Positions 37,266-51,300 of a stretch of DNA of 64,000 bases are shown here, piece after piece. Origin of the DNA: Mytilus californianus. Lineage: Eukaryota. The stretch covers positions 80,476,001 to 80,540,000 of the forward strand of contig NW_026262581.1 in the NCBI RefSeq assembly GCF_021869535.1. Direction: 5' to 3'. The position numbers and the translations under genes were made by a program. A model generated the notes under the pieces. It had not been told where the DNA came from. It did not search any database and saw nothing but the letters and a program-made list of their open reading frames with translations. The stretch's first letter is position 1; every line of letters begins with the position of its first letter.

Positions 37266-38899
37266 TTTTAAAGGGAGACAACCAAATACGATTAGCCGAG
37301 GAATATTTTCGTAATGGTTAATTAAGATAAACTAATTAAGGAAAGAGTCCGTTAAAAGTTACACTGGTATGTCTTTTAAAGGTAAATCAACCACACAACA
37401 AAAAATACTGTATATTGGAATCCTTACGAAACATAATCTGATATATGGATATGATGTAATTTGTTTTGAACTAGCTTTCGGAAACTGCAATTACTTTTAG
37501 ATTGGTACTGTGTCTTTTGTCTTTATGTTAGTTGGGTTTAGAGGTAATCTGGTGATTGAAGCCATTTCCAAGTGTTTTTTTTTTTTCTCACAGTGTTTTC
37601 TTGGTTGTGTTGTTACGCCGCTATCCAAGGTAAAAAGGTGGAGCGCTCACACACATGTTTGTTATTATTGTTTATGCGCCTGTGCCATGTTAGGAGCCTG
37701 TAACTCTGCACTTGCTGTTTGGTTGCTGTCATTTTAAATTTAGTTTAATATGATAATATGAAGACTTATCTTGACAAGTTCCTTCTTGAATATAATAAAA
37801 GTTAGAACGTTGGTTTCCTAGTTGGAAAAGAAAGCAAACGAGACTCGTTTGCTTACTACATAATAAAAATTTACCCTCATCAGGAACGATCAAACCACAA
37901 AATTTGAAAGCCAATAATGTACCATAACTGAAAACGTGGGGAGCTGTACATATATCTATTTAATCAAAAGGAAATTAAAAAGATTCTCCAAATTCATTTA
38001 AGGTGAACTCTGTCTGAGAGAGTTGGAATGTTATAAATATTGTCAGTACCAAAGTAGATACTGAGCTAATGAGACCTCATGGACTAACAGTCGACCAGCA
38101 GCGTTATCGACCCAGTGTTATAAAACAATGAAAATAACACTTTATAAATGAGGTGTGTTCGAATCGTGAAGCTGCAAAATCGTAGTTTTTCATGCTTTTG
38201 CATATAAAAATAAAAAGATGGTGGTATGATTGACAGTGAGACAACTCTCAACCAGAGACCAAATGACGTAAAAGAAAGCAACTAAAGGTCTACGTACTAC
38301 TCAATCTTATATGAATTAAAAGACGGTAAAGACAAATCAATCCCGAATCTAGGTATTTTGTTTCACATCTTTAAAACATAACAGTTACTGTTAACATATC
38401 ATTTTTAGATATGAAAAAAAAATAGACGGAATTTTGAGAAATAACAATTTAAAGTGAACAAATTGCATCTTCTCGCCGCTTTTTACGTAAATTCTATACA
38501 TAATCTATGTTTATTTTATAAATTGTTATTTTGTTTGTTTCGCTTGAAGTTTAAATACAGCATATATCAAGTCCATAAAAGACGGTTACCATAACACCTT
38601 CAATGAGAGAAACCGTCTAGATTCTGAATCTTCCCCGATTCAAAATAACCAGATTTCTTAATAAGACGGGCATATGAAAATATTGCTTATAAAAAAATAA
38701 GTAGTTGATTGTGACTTTGATATGACTTATTTGTTTGTGTTCGTTAACGTTTAGTGGCAAATATTGCATGCCCATTCAGGACAAAAACTACAATAGGAAG
38801 ATTCTGCAAAGTTGTTTGACCGGAATAAAGGATGGGAATTTGGATTACAACTATGCAGTAAGAGTATGTTGAATATGGACAGACATTGTGCATTGCAAC

Positions 38900-39090
38900 A
38901 GGTCATTTACGGACGACTAATAGAGCTATTACAAAGGCTCTTTGTGTCCAAGCGTGACACTCTCCTTACACTCGACATCGGTATTAACGTCCCCATTTCG
39001 ATCGGACGTGACTGCATATGTATACATCCCACGACTGCAAAACGGACTTTTTTCATAAGCATGGGTTTAACTACCATATTTGAGATCCAG
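38900..39090 (-). mobile_element. Decayed CORE-type SINE fragment
   Basis: Shares CATCGG..TTAA..CC..TCCGATC(A/G)GACGTG(G/A)CTGC..TGTACATCCCAC with 62390-62490 and 8910-8975. Confidence 0.5.
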
Positions 39091-40069
39091 GGATGATAAT
39101 ACACAATATATATATATATCTGTGATGCCGTATGGTGTGCATAATCAGCTCAAAGAAAGATAACTTTATACAATTTCACATGAAACAAGCGTAACTTTAT
39201 AATACATCACTACAAAATCGTGTCCACATATTCACCAAAGCCCAAATGATGAGGATATACGCAACTACATGTCACAGCCTTCAACAATGTGTAAAACCCA
39301 TACCGCAGCTAATTATAATTTGAACATATTACAACATAAACATATGTAAGTTGCCATTTTTAAAACACATATTAAGCACAGAAATGCACTTGTAGAAGTC
39401 CTATAGGTACTCAATTAACCTCCAAAATTTCATTTTTGGTATTTAAATCCTTTACTGGTGTGTTTCCTGGATTTCACAGTTGTTTAGGTCAAATAAGGTC
39501 CAAAATCTAATATGTTCTCCTTTCATTCAAGAGAAAAATACCATTCATCAATCGATAGGAAATTTGTTACAGGCTTGATAGAATTTTTTAAAATCTATAA
39601 AGCTGAATTGACACACAAATTATATAAGAATAAACATACCTGACAACTGTCACTATTTGCGGGGGATTTCCCCCCATGATAGCTCTAAAATGGAAATTTT
39701 GAAAGAACAATTTTGGTCACAGTTTAAAACAAAATAATTAATTTACTAGTCTATAAGTTTGTTAAAGTATGAAGAAGCAAAGAAAAAAAAAAACCAACCA
39801 ACTAAAAACATTAAAATAACATTGAAAGGCCCTTTAAAAGTTTTGTAGGACGATGAGAGCCATCTTACATCAAACCTCCATGGGTTTTTAAAATGTTAGC
39901 AGATATGAATAAAATGTAGTCATGTCCTGGAAACTTGTTTTAACTGCACTCGGAGTATCTCCATTTCCACTAATCTAGACACAAGTATTTGTATTACTGG
40001 TATTATATTTGTATCATTTTAAAGAAGACATTAAATTGAATTATCCTCATCGATCACATGATGAAAAAA

Positions 40070-40245
40070 CAAACTCATCAAAGATACCAGGCTTGTCATT
40101 TTAGTATGCCAGACGCACGTTTCTTCGACAAAAATCAGTGGCGCTAGAATTAAAAGGTTTGAAAGGCCAAATCAAGTACGAAGTCGGAATATAATTGAAA
40201 CCAAATATTCAAAAAAAGTTGTGCCAAATCTGCTTTAGAAAATTT
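40070..40245 (-). mobile_element. Decayed retrozyme monomer with deleted stem II (hammerhead remnant 40107-40143)
   Basis: Minus strand CGCCA-CTGA...GAAAC-GTGC-GTC-TGGCA; flanks homologous to 37060-37265. Confidence 0.65.
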
Positions 40246-40797
40246 TCCGACTGGGACGTGACTGTTTATGTGGGCAGCTAGGTTGACATTTATGTTTATA
40301 CTGCACTCGTTCTATTTGAGCAGTCAAAATGCGTTGACTGTATATTTCTATGTCATATACAGTCACTGACCCGATATCACTTTTCCTCATGAATATTTAA
40401 ATAGAAGTTGCCGAAACTATATTTAATTATTCATACGACCTCTTCAACCTGTTCTTGTTTCCAATGTATACAATGAAGCGTGGAACGACCCAAACTTATT
40501 TCTTTTACAATTTTTGGAAAACATATTTCACTTGTTAATATTTTTTGTTTGAAACCAAAAAAATCATTATGTTTTATGCTTATTGTTGATATTTTATTCC
40601 ATACTCAAACGAATTCGTTCACCATTGATTGCGGGTTTCAACAGGTAATGTACATTTCATTGCGTTGTCTATTTCTCCGCCTGATACCGGTATGAGGCCT
40701 TTTTAAAGGGGGATTTTTCCCAATATTTAAATCAAATAAATAACATTTACACATTTAACAACTATTGAAAATGTTTTTTTTCTAGATTGCAGTATAA

Positions 40798-40946
40798 AGA
40801 CAATAATAGTGCATTGACTTGACATATCAACGATATAAGGATTCGGCCCGAAACGGGGAAAAAGCTCGGCAGAGCCTCGCATTTCCCCGTTTCTAAGCCT
40901 CATCCTTATATCGTTGATATGTCAAGTCAATGCACTATTATTGTCT
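40798..40946. mobile_element. Near-perfect palindromic (foldback) element, possibly non-autonomous Crypton-type
   Basis: Perfect 45-bp inverted arms 40798-40842 / 40902-40946, inner 12-bp arms GAAACGGGGAAA/TTTCCCCGTTTC, central GCTCGGCAGAGCCTCGC. Confidence 0.75.
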
Positions 40947-42408
40947 ATTTATAATACATATACATTCCGCACAGCCTTATTGATTCCCTTCAGAAACAGC
41001 ATTTGCAAGGACAGCCTGGATAACTCCTACATATTATCACTTATCGTTCTGACGTGGTTGCGGTGTAATTTTCCAAATGTAAATCCATTGGCAAGAGTAG
41101 TTGGTAGTGTGACTCCGAAGGGAACCAGGTACATTTTAAAAATAATATATTTCAACAATAAATTGAATTGGTGCTAAATTCACTACAAATAGATAAAAAA
41201 CTTGACAAAACTAAAACATTACAATAACGAGAGCAGACACAAAATTCTACACACAACCACAGACACATTTACATCAATATTTATCTTTAAAAGGAAGTTG
41301 TTCCAAATAATGTCCGATTTGTTTAGATACATGAATTTTGACTCCTGACCAGTTTATTTTCCGACGAAGCTCATTTTTACTTTTTCTACCATCCTGCTTT
41401 TTGATCACCCTATGATTCATAACCAATTCTTTACCATGATATGCCCTTAAAAGAATAAAAATAATAAAAGAATAAAATAGCTTTCTACCAATTTGAACAG
41501 AAACACTAAATTTGGGGAAAACTTTACCTAAATTCAAATTTACAAGAGAATGATTAACTTCTTCGGATTAACAAAGTAAGAAACGCTATAACCTTGAACA
41601 TTACGAACACCTAAATAGATCTATTAAGCATAAACTATGATAAAAAATTAGGCTTCTTTAAAAAAAATATCATCAAATTGGTTGTTGCGTACAATCTTGT
41701 GTGTATTTTTTAAACGATCGCATTAAATTCAAGTGCAAATGTTCTGCTTGACAAATTTATAATTGATAAAGTATCTCGTATCAGTGTAAAATTTAACCTT
41801 GAACAAATGTGTGTTATCTATTACTGTTTACAAAACAGAATTTGACAAGGTAAATGACATATTTAGTTGAGATGACTGCTGGCGAAATATAGCAACGACA
41901 TACATTTATAGTGCATTTCTTGAGAAGAACACTCTGTCTGGATAACATCTCAAATTTGTAAATACGTAAGAAAACTTTATTAATTCTAATATACACTTAT
42001 TTAACAATATGTAGAGGTGGACGTTCGGTTATTTGGCTTTAAACTTTAGTATAGGAATTAACACAATGGAAGACTGCATGTGACACACAGTATCGTAATA
42101 TTGGTTATGTTATATATTTCTCTACATGATAAACAGACTGACTATTACATAATACGCACACGTTTGTTTGAACCATGTGCTTATGTTATCTTTTGTGTTA
42201 AAAGGACAAGTGGTTGTCAAATATAACCGTAGCAGTCGGAGCTATTTATCTGAAAGGCATGATAACATTCATGGTTTTATTTTTTTGTGTTTGCAAAAAA
42301 AAAAGACTCTTTAAAATTAAATTTCCCTGTACATTTTATGCTAATTTGCAGAAACAACCTCGTTACAATAAAACTGAAAATAGGAATTTGCATATGAAAA
42401 ATGCATGT

Positions 42409-45400
42409 GTTGTTAGTCGTCGTATGTATGTCTTAACTTTTAGAGGAGTTGATTGTTTGTCGTCGTATGTATGTCTAACTTTTAGAGGAGTTGGTTGTTT
42501 GTCGTCGTATGTATGCCTTAACTTTAAGAGGAGTTGGTTGTTTGTCGTCGTATGTATGTGTAACTTTTAGAGGAGTTGGTTGTTTGTCGTCGTATGTATG
42601 TCTAACTTTTAGAGGAGTTGATTGTTTGTCGTCGTATGTATGTGTAACTTTAAGAGGAGTTGGTTGTTTGTCGTCGTATGTATGTCTAACTTTTAGAGGA
42701 GTTGGTTGTTTGTCGTCGTATGTATATTTTAACATTAAGAGGAGTTGGTTGTTTGTCGTCGTATGTATGTCTTAACTTTGAGAGGAGTTGGTTGTTTGTC
42801 GTCGTATGTATGTGTAACTTTTAGAGGAGTTGGTTGTTTGTCGTCGTATGTATGTCTAACTTTTAGAGGAGTTGGTTGTTTGTCGTCGTGTGTATGTTTA
42901 ACTTTTAGGAGTTGGGTGTTTGTCGTCGTATGTATGTCTTAACTTTTACGAGTTGGTTGTTTGTCGTCGTATGTATATTTTAACATTAAGAGGAGTTGGT
43001 TGTTTGTCGTCGTATGTATGTCTTAACTTTGAGAGGAGTTGGTTGTTTGTCGTCGTATGTATGTCTAACTTTTAGAGGATTTGGTTGTTTGTCGTCGTAT
43101 GTATGTCTTAACTTTTAGAGGAGTTGGTTGTTTGTCGTCGTATGTTTGTCTTAACTTTTAGAGGAGTTGGTTGTTTGTCGTCGTATGTATGTCTAACTTT
43201 TAGAGGAGTTTGTTGTTTGTCGTCGTATGTATGTCTTAACTTTTGAAGGAGTTGGTTGTTTGTCGTCGTATGTATGTCTTAACTTTGAGAGGAGTTGGTT
43301 GTTTGTCGTCGTATGTATGTCTTAACTTTTAGAGGAGTTGGTTGTTTGTCGTCGTATGTATGTCTAACTTTGAGAGTTGGTTATTTGTCGTCGTATGTAT
43401 GTCTAACTTTTAGAGGAGTTGGTTGTTTGTCGTCGTATGTATGTCTTAACTTTTAGAGGAGTTGGTTGTTTGTCGTCGTATGTATGTCTAACTTTTAGAG
43501 GAGTTGGTTGTTTGTCGTCGTATGTATGTCTAACTTTTAGAGGAGTTGGGTGTTTGTTGTCGTATGTATGTCTAACTTTTAGAGGAGTGAGTTGTTTGTC
43601 GTCGTATGTATGTCGAACTTTGAGAGGAGTTGGTTGTTTGTCGTCGTATGTATGTCTTAACTTTTAGAGGAGTTGGTTGTTTGTCGTCGTATGTATGTCT
43701 TAACTTTTAGAGGAGTTGGTTGTTTGTCGTCGTATGTATGTCTTAACTTTGAGAGGAGTTCGTTGTTTTTCGTCGTATGTTTGTCTTAACTTTTAGAGGA
43801 GTTGGTTGTTTGTCGTCGTATGTACAGTATGTCTAACTTTTAGAGGAGTTGGTTGTTTGTCGTCGTATGTACAGTATGTCTAACTTTAAGAGGAGTTAGT
43901 TGTTTGTCGTCGTATGTATGTCTAATTTTTAGAGGAGTTCGTTGTTTTTCGTCGTATGTTTGTCTTAACTTTTAGAGGAGTTAGTTGTTTGTCGTCGTAT
44001 GTACAGTATGTCTAACTTTTAGAGGAGTTGGTTGTTTGTCGTCGTATGTACAGTATGTCTAACTTTAAGAGGAGTTAGTTGTTTGTCGTCTTATGTATGT
44101 TTAACTTTAAGAGGAGTTGGTTGTTTTTCGTCGTATGTATGTCTAACTTTTAAAGGAGTTGGTTGTTTGTCGTCGTATGTATGTCTAACTTTTAGAGGAG
44201 TTGGTTGTTTGTCGTCGTATGTATGTCTAACTTTTAGAGGAGTTGATTGTTTGTCGTCGTATGTATGTCTAACTTTTAGAGGAGTTGGTTGTTTGTCGTC
44301 GTATGTATGTCTAACTTTTAGAGGAGTTGGTTGTTTTTCGTCGTATGTTTGTCTTAACTTTTAGAGGAGTTGGTTGTTTGTCGTCGAGTTGGTTGTTTGT
44401 CGTCGTATGTACAGTATGTTTAACTTTTAGAGGAGTTGGTTGTTTGTCGTCGTATGTACAGTATGTCTTACTTTTAGAGGAGTTAGTTGTTTGTCGTCTG
44501 ATGTATGTCTTAACTTTTAGAGGAGTTGGTTGTTTTTCGTCGTATGTATGTCTAACTTTTAGAGGAGTTGGTTGTTTGTCGCCGTATGTATGTCTAACTT
44601 TTAGAGGAGTTGGTTATTTTTCGACGTATGTTTGTCTTAACTTTTAGAGGAGTTGGTTGTTTGTCGTCGTATGTACAGTATGTCTAACTTTTAGAGGAGT
44701 TGGTTGTTTGTCGTCGTATGTACAGTATGTCTAACTTTTAGAGGAGTTAGTTGTTTGTCGTCTTATGTATGTCTAACTTTTAGAGGAGTTGGTTGTTTTT
44801 CGTCGTATGTTTGTCTTAACTTTTACAGGAGTTGGTTGTTTGTCGTCGTATGTATGTCTTAACTTTTAGAGGAGTTGGTTGTTTGTCGTCGTATGTATGT
44901 TTAACTTTTAGAGTTTGTCATCGAATGTATGTCTTAACTGTTAGAGGAGTTGGTTGTTTGTCGTCGTATGTATGTCTTATTTTTTAGAGGAGTTGGTTGT
45001 TTGTCGTCGTATGTATGTCTAACTTTTAGAGGAGTTGGTTGTTTGTCGTCGTATGTATGTCTTAACTTTTAGAGGAGTTGGTTGTTTGTCGTAGTATGTA
45101 TGTTTATCTTTTAGGAGTTGGTTGTTTGTCGTCGTATGTATGTCTTAACTTTTAGAGGAGTTGATTGTTTGTCGTCGTATGTATGTCTAACTTTTAGAGG
45201 AGTTGGTTGTTTGTCGTCGTATGTATGTCTTAACGTTTAGAGGAGTTGGTTGTTTGTCGTCGTATGTATGTTTAACTTTTAGGAGTTGGTTGTTTGTCGT
45301 CGTATGTATGTCTTAACTTTTAGAGGAGTTGATTGTTTGTCCTCGTATGTATGTCTAACTTTTAGAGGAGTTGGTTGTTGGTCGTCGTATGTATGTCTTA

Positions 45401-47581
45401 ACTTTTAGAGGAGTTGGTTGTTTGTCGTCGTATGTATGTCTAACTTTTAGAGGAGTTAGTTGTTTGTCGTCGTATGTATGTCTAACTTTTAGAGGAGTTG
45501 GTTGTTTGTCGTCGTATGTATATCTTAACTTTTAGAGGAGGTGGTTGTTTGTCGTCGTATGTATGTCTTAACTTTTAGAGGAGTTGATTATTTTTCGTCG
45601 TATGTATGTCTAACTTTTAGAGGAATTGGTTGTTTGTCGTCGTATGTATGTCTTAACTTTTAGAGGAGTTGGTTGTTTGTCGTCGTATGTATGTCTTAAC
45701 TTTTAGAGGAGTTGGTTGTTTTTCGTCGTATGTATGTCTAACTTTTAGAGGAGTTAGTTGTTTGTCGTCGTATGTATGTCTAACTTTTAGAGGAGTTGAT
45801 TGTTTTTCGTCGTATGTATGTCTTAACTTTTAGAGGAGTTGGTTGTTTGTCGTCGTATGTATGTCTTAACTTTGAGAGGAGTTGGTTGTTTGTCGTCGTA
45901 TGTATGCCTTAACTTTTAGAGGAGTTGGTTGTTTGTCGTCGTATGTATGTCTAACTTTTAGAGGAGTTAGTTGTTTGTCGTCGTATGTATGTCTTATTTT
46001 TAGAGGAGTTCGTTGTTTTTCGTCGTATGTTTGTCTTAACTTTTAGAGGAGTTGGTTGTTTGTCGTCGTATGTACAGTATGTCTAACTTTTAGAGGAGTT
46101 GGTTGTTTGTCGTCGTATGTATGTCTTAACTTTTAGAGGAGTTGGTTGTTTGTCGTCGTATGTATGTCTAACTTTGAGAGGAGTTGGTTGTTTTTTGTCG
46201 TATGTATGTCTTAACTTTTAGAGGAGTTGGTTGTTTGTCGTCGTGTGTATGTTTAACTTTTAGGAGTTGGGTGTTTGTCGTCGTATGTATGTTTATCTTT
46301 TAGGAGTTGGTTGTTTGTCGTCGTATGTATGTTTAACTTTTAGGAGTTGGGTGTTTGTCGTCGTATATATGTCTAACTGTTAGAGGAGGTGGTTTTTTGT
46401 CGTCGTATGTATATCTTAACTTTTAGAGGAGTTGGTTGTTAGTCGTCGTATGTATGTCTAACTTTTAGAGGAGTTGGTTGTTTGTCGTCGTGTGTATGTT
46501 TAACTTTTAGGAGTTGGGTGTTTGTCGTCGTATGTATGTCTTAACTTTTACGAGTTGGTTGTTTGTCGTCGTATGTATGTCTTAACTTTTAGAGGAGTTG
46601 GTTGTTTGTCGTCGTATGTATGTCTAACTTATAGAGAAGTTGGTTGTTTGTCGTCGTATGTATGTTTAACTTTTAGGAGTTGGTTGTTTGTCGTCGTGCG
46701 TATGTTTAACTTTTAGGAGTTGATTGTTTGTCGTCGTATGTATGATTAACTTTTAGGAGTTGGTTGTTAGTCGTCGTGCGTATGTTTAACTATTAGGACT
46801 TGGTTGTTTGTCGTCGTATGTATTTCTAACTTATAGAGGAGTTGGTTGTTTGTCGTCGTATGTATGTTTAACTTTTAGGAGTTGGTTGTTTGTCGTCGTG
46901 CGTATGTTTAACTTTTAGGAGTTGGTTGTTTGTCGTCGTATGTATGTGTAACTTTTAGGAGTTGGTTGTTTGTCGTCGTGTCTTTGTTTAACTTTGAGGA
47001 GTTGGGTGTTTGTCGTCGTATGTATGTTTAACTTTTAGGAGTTGGTTGTTTGTCGTCGTATGTATGTGTAACTTTTAGGAGTTGGTTGTTTGTCGTCGTG
47101 TGTATGTTTAACTTTTAGGAGTTGGGTGTTTGTCGTCGTATGTATGTCTAACTTTAAGAGGATATGGTTGTTTGTCGTCGTATGTATGTTTAACTTTTAG
47201 GAGTTGGTTGTTTGTCGTCGTATGTATGTGTAACTTTTAGGAGTTGGTTGTTTGTCGTCGTGTGTATGTTTAACTTTTAGGAGTTGGGTGTTTGTCGTCG
47301 TATGTATGTCTAACTTTAAGAGGATATGGTTGTTTGTCGTCGTATGTATGTGTAACTTTTAGGAGTTGGTTGTTTGTCGTCGTGTGTATGTTTAACTTTT
47401 AGAGGAGTTGGTTGTTTGTCGTCGTATGTATGTCTAATTTCTAGAGGAGTTGGTTGTTTGTCGTCGTATGTATGTCTTAACTTTTAGAGGAGTTAGTTGT
47501 TTGTCGTCGTATGTATGTGTAACTTTTAGGAGTTGGTTGTTTGTCGTCGTGCGTTTGTTTAACTTTTTGGAGTTGGGTGTT
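42409..47581. repeat. 42-bp minisatellite array (~120 copies; 40-, 43- and 45-bp variants)
   Basis: Unit GGTTGTTTGTCGTCGTATGTATGTCTAACTTTTAGAGGAGTT; the 14-aa periodicity in the ORF track confirms 42 bp. Confidence 0.98.
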
Positions 47582-48141
47582 TATAGTTGGTGTGATTTGT
47601 TGTACTGTATATTCTTAATACTTCCTGTTATCCTTATGTATAATTTTGACTTAAAGTTTTTGACCTCATTTAGTTTCGAAACGGAAAGCTGAACAATTTC
47701 AAATAAATGACAGGATTGATTGTTGTTTACTTTACACTTAATAGCCAATATTCCATGCATCTCCAGGACGAGAGAAAATGAAACAAAACAACAAATTAGT
47801 AGGTGCTGGGAGTAAGTCTACCGGGTGGGAGAGGGGGGGAATTTTACATGTATATCTGCTGAATGCATGCATGTAATTCCTTGATTTACTCGATCTTGAC
47901 AAGCTATCTGATTTCACTTCGAAATAAAGTTCAAGAAATTAAATGATCGCCATGCGTAGAATTAAAGCAAAGAACCTAATGTTATGAATTATTGTATTTC
48001 ATTATGCAAAAAATGTTGTCACTTTCAGAAGTTTGCCCCCCTCCCAACTCCTTCCAGTCTACCCATACTCCCCTGAAATGCTATTTAAGTGATTAATTTA
48101 GCCTTTAAATTCTGTAAAACAATTCTGTAAATGTGGTATAC

Positions 48142-48144
<3 letters not shown>

Positions 48145-48186
<42 letters not shown>
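48145..48186. repeat. (TA)n microsatellite
   Basis: About 21 AT dinucleotides, ~120 bp upstream of the first amine oxidase ATG. Confidence 0.95.
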
Positions 48187-48188
<2 letters not shown>

Positions 48189-48304
48189 CAACGGGTAAAC
48201 TCAGCATAATTCGTAAAATATTTTCAGAATTGTAAATTAAGATTTTAGATAAAGTATGAACTATCCTATCTAGTTATGTTTGTTTTTCTTTCACAGCTGG
48301 TATT

Positions 48305-51300
48305 ATGGCAGATCCTAAAGCCAGGCGATCATTGGGTAGATGGCGTTTAGCAACTTTCATCTTCTCGTTTGTAGCATTAGTACTATTTATTTGTATTGTA
48401 GCAATACTTATAACAATTCACACGAGGAAAAAGAAGATAACTACCTGTGAAAGTAAAGAAAACGGACAGTATGGTCATATTGATCTTAAGGAATCAGATA
48501 ATCCATCTGTGTTCCATGATTTAACTTCAAAAGAAGTTAAAGGTTTGATGAAGTATTTATATTCTCAAAAAACGCTCAACTTGGTTAAAACAGCAGATAT
48601 GAAAGTCAATACTAGCTACGTATTTTTAAGTGAATTATACCTGCCAAGGAAAAATTCCGTGCTCGATTATCTAGACAAAAAGGCAACAAAGCCAGCACGA
48701 GAAGCACGTGTTATACTGCTACGAGGAGACAAACAAACGCCAGATATTGAAGAAATAATAGTAGGCCCTTTACCTAATCCAACCGGACATAGGCCGAATC
48801 CTAATAGGAAAAAATCAATTCCATTTATATACCGGCCTATCACTGGTCCAGAACATGTTGGGTCGATAGAAATGGTGACAGTGAAAGTTGACCAAGTACT
48901 TGGAACAATGTTTGAAGATGTTTACGACGGAAAACTATTTAATTGTAATAGCAAATGCTTAATGATTCGATACATAACACCGGTATCGTCTGTGCAGTCC
49001 GGAGAAAAACGACGTAAAACATGGTATTGGCTGTCACAAACTGCGGAATACTTCATCCTACACCCTCTAGACTTTTCTGTATTGGTAGACTTGGATGGAC
49101 CAAACTTTACAATCGAACAAGTTTGGTTTGATGGAAAACTATATAAAACTCTAACGGATGTATTAGATTACTATGAAGCAAATAAGGGATCGTTCTCAAA
49201 GATTAAATTTCCAGATGTTAGCAGTGATCTCTTCTCTACAATGAACCAACGCGGTACACCACCAATTAGTCCTCCTTTAAGAAACCCAGTTCAAGTCTCA
49301 CCTGATGGAAAAAGATATAATGTGAAGGATCGCCATGTGGAATATATGTCTTGGCAATTTGATTTCGGGATGTCACCAATAAGAGGCCCACAACTGTATG
49401 ATTTGAGGTTTAAGAACGAAAGGATTGCGTATGAATTGAGTTTACAAGAACTTTCTGTATTTTATGCAGGATACAAACCAATGCAAGCTTTAGCTAATTA
49501 TTTAGATGGTGTTGGTTTAATAGGAATACAAGCAAAAGGACTTGTCCCTGGGGTTGATTGTCCAAAAGACGCCACGTATCTTAGTTCTACATTTCAAGTG
49601 GAGTCAGATGGTCCATTCTCATTTGAAAATGCTTTCTGTATTTTTGAATACAACCTGGGTATGCCCTTACGTAGACATCATTCCTATTCGTTTTCTTATG
49701 GCAGGTTTTATGAAGGGATGGAAACAACGGTGTTGATCTTAAGAACAATTGCAGTCATTATTAATTATGATTACGTAATTGATTTCATGTTTTATCCTAA
49801 TGGAGCTATGCAGGTCAAAGTTGTTTCTACTGGTTATGTACTTGGCACTTTCTATACTGACAATGAAAGTAAATACAGCTTCAAACTTCACGAGAATTTG
49901 GCGGCTAACATACATCAGCATTTGTTTAACTTTAAAGTCGATTTAGACATTCAAGGAACTGCAAACCGATTTGCAACAGCTAACATTGAAACTGAAGATA
50001 TACCGAACAAGTTTTCGAAAGATTCGAATGCAAGATTAATACAACATAAATTTTCGACTTCTCTCAAAACAACAGAGAAAGATGCTGCATACAAATTCGA
50101 TTTTGAAGCTCCAAAATATTTACTCGTATACAAAGAAGATGTTAAAACAAGAAAAACGTATAAGAAGAGTAAAAGTTATCGAATACTCAATAATGGAATG
50201 TCTAAACTCATCCTCCCAGAAGGAAAAGGAAACGAGCCAAGTATAAGTTGGGCCAGATATCAAGTTGCCATGACAAAATACAACGATTCGGAGCCAACCA
50301 GCAGTTCTTTATACTCAATTCTAGATGCTGAAGACCCAATTGTACATTTTCAGAATTTTATTGATGATAATGAATCAATTGTGGATGAAGTAAGTTATAT
50401 ATGAAATATTAAAAATTTTATGTATGAAAACTAAATGATAACCTATTAGATAAACAATTTAAGAGAAGTGAAACCATGCATGTTTTATCTTGGGAGTAAA
50501 ACAGTGTTATAGACCATGGAAAAATTAAATTTAGAATGTTTACAACTATATACATGATATAAGCAAGATTATTTTACTGACATTTAGGGTATTTAATCAT
50601 GAATTGTTTTTGCATACATGGACGTAATATATATTTCTGTAACTTGATTGCCATAGTAATTTTTTTGTTGTAAACATGCTAAATGATAGAAAAAAAGATG
50701 CACCGATAACTAACTCGATGTACGCAACATCTAAAATGACCTTCATTATGCGCTATTAATGCAAAAGGTTTAGAAATATGCGTAAATCAAGGCATTTTCC
50801 AATAAGTTTATATCACTATATATCTATTTATTACACACCATGTAGAATCGAAAAAAAAACGAGAAACAAAAAGAGTGACACAAATACATTCATGATTACA
50901 TACAAAATTCGACTGACATGATAACATGCGAGGTTCGACTGACAAGACTACATTTGAGGTTCGATTGACATGACTACATGTGAGTATTGACTCAATAAAG
51001 CTGTGACGGCGTGAATGATAAACAATCTTTCGCTCAGACAATTTAGGTTCATCATGCCCAAGTAAACAATACACTGTAAATATAAAATGCAAGTTCTCAC
51101 AAAGCAAAAATGATCATACACAACATTGCATCATTCCAAAAAGGCAGGTTGCATTCCATAAAATCGGAAAACAGTGGGGATAGCCTGAACCGATCTGTTG
51201 CATTTATGCCTGTAGCATTCGCAAAAATGACACGTATAAACCAATACCTAATTCACATAATCATCTTTAACAAGCACCTTACAAGTATTATTCTCTTATG

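Noticed and set aside
42409-47581. Regular array resembling CRISPR, and many periodic ORFs (RGVGCLSSYVCLTF)n
   Set aside because: Head-to-tail repeats with no unique spacers, no cas genes and a eukaryotic context. The ORFs are a by-product of the 42-bp period and are broken by 40/43-bp units.
50390-50404. ORF-track C-termini of the amine oxidases (VSYI; also VNVKITDK... at 55262-55324) taken as true ends
   Set aside because: These are read-through into the intron. The third copper ligand lies in the downstream exon, and canonical GT-AG sites are present.
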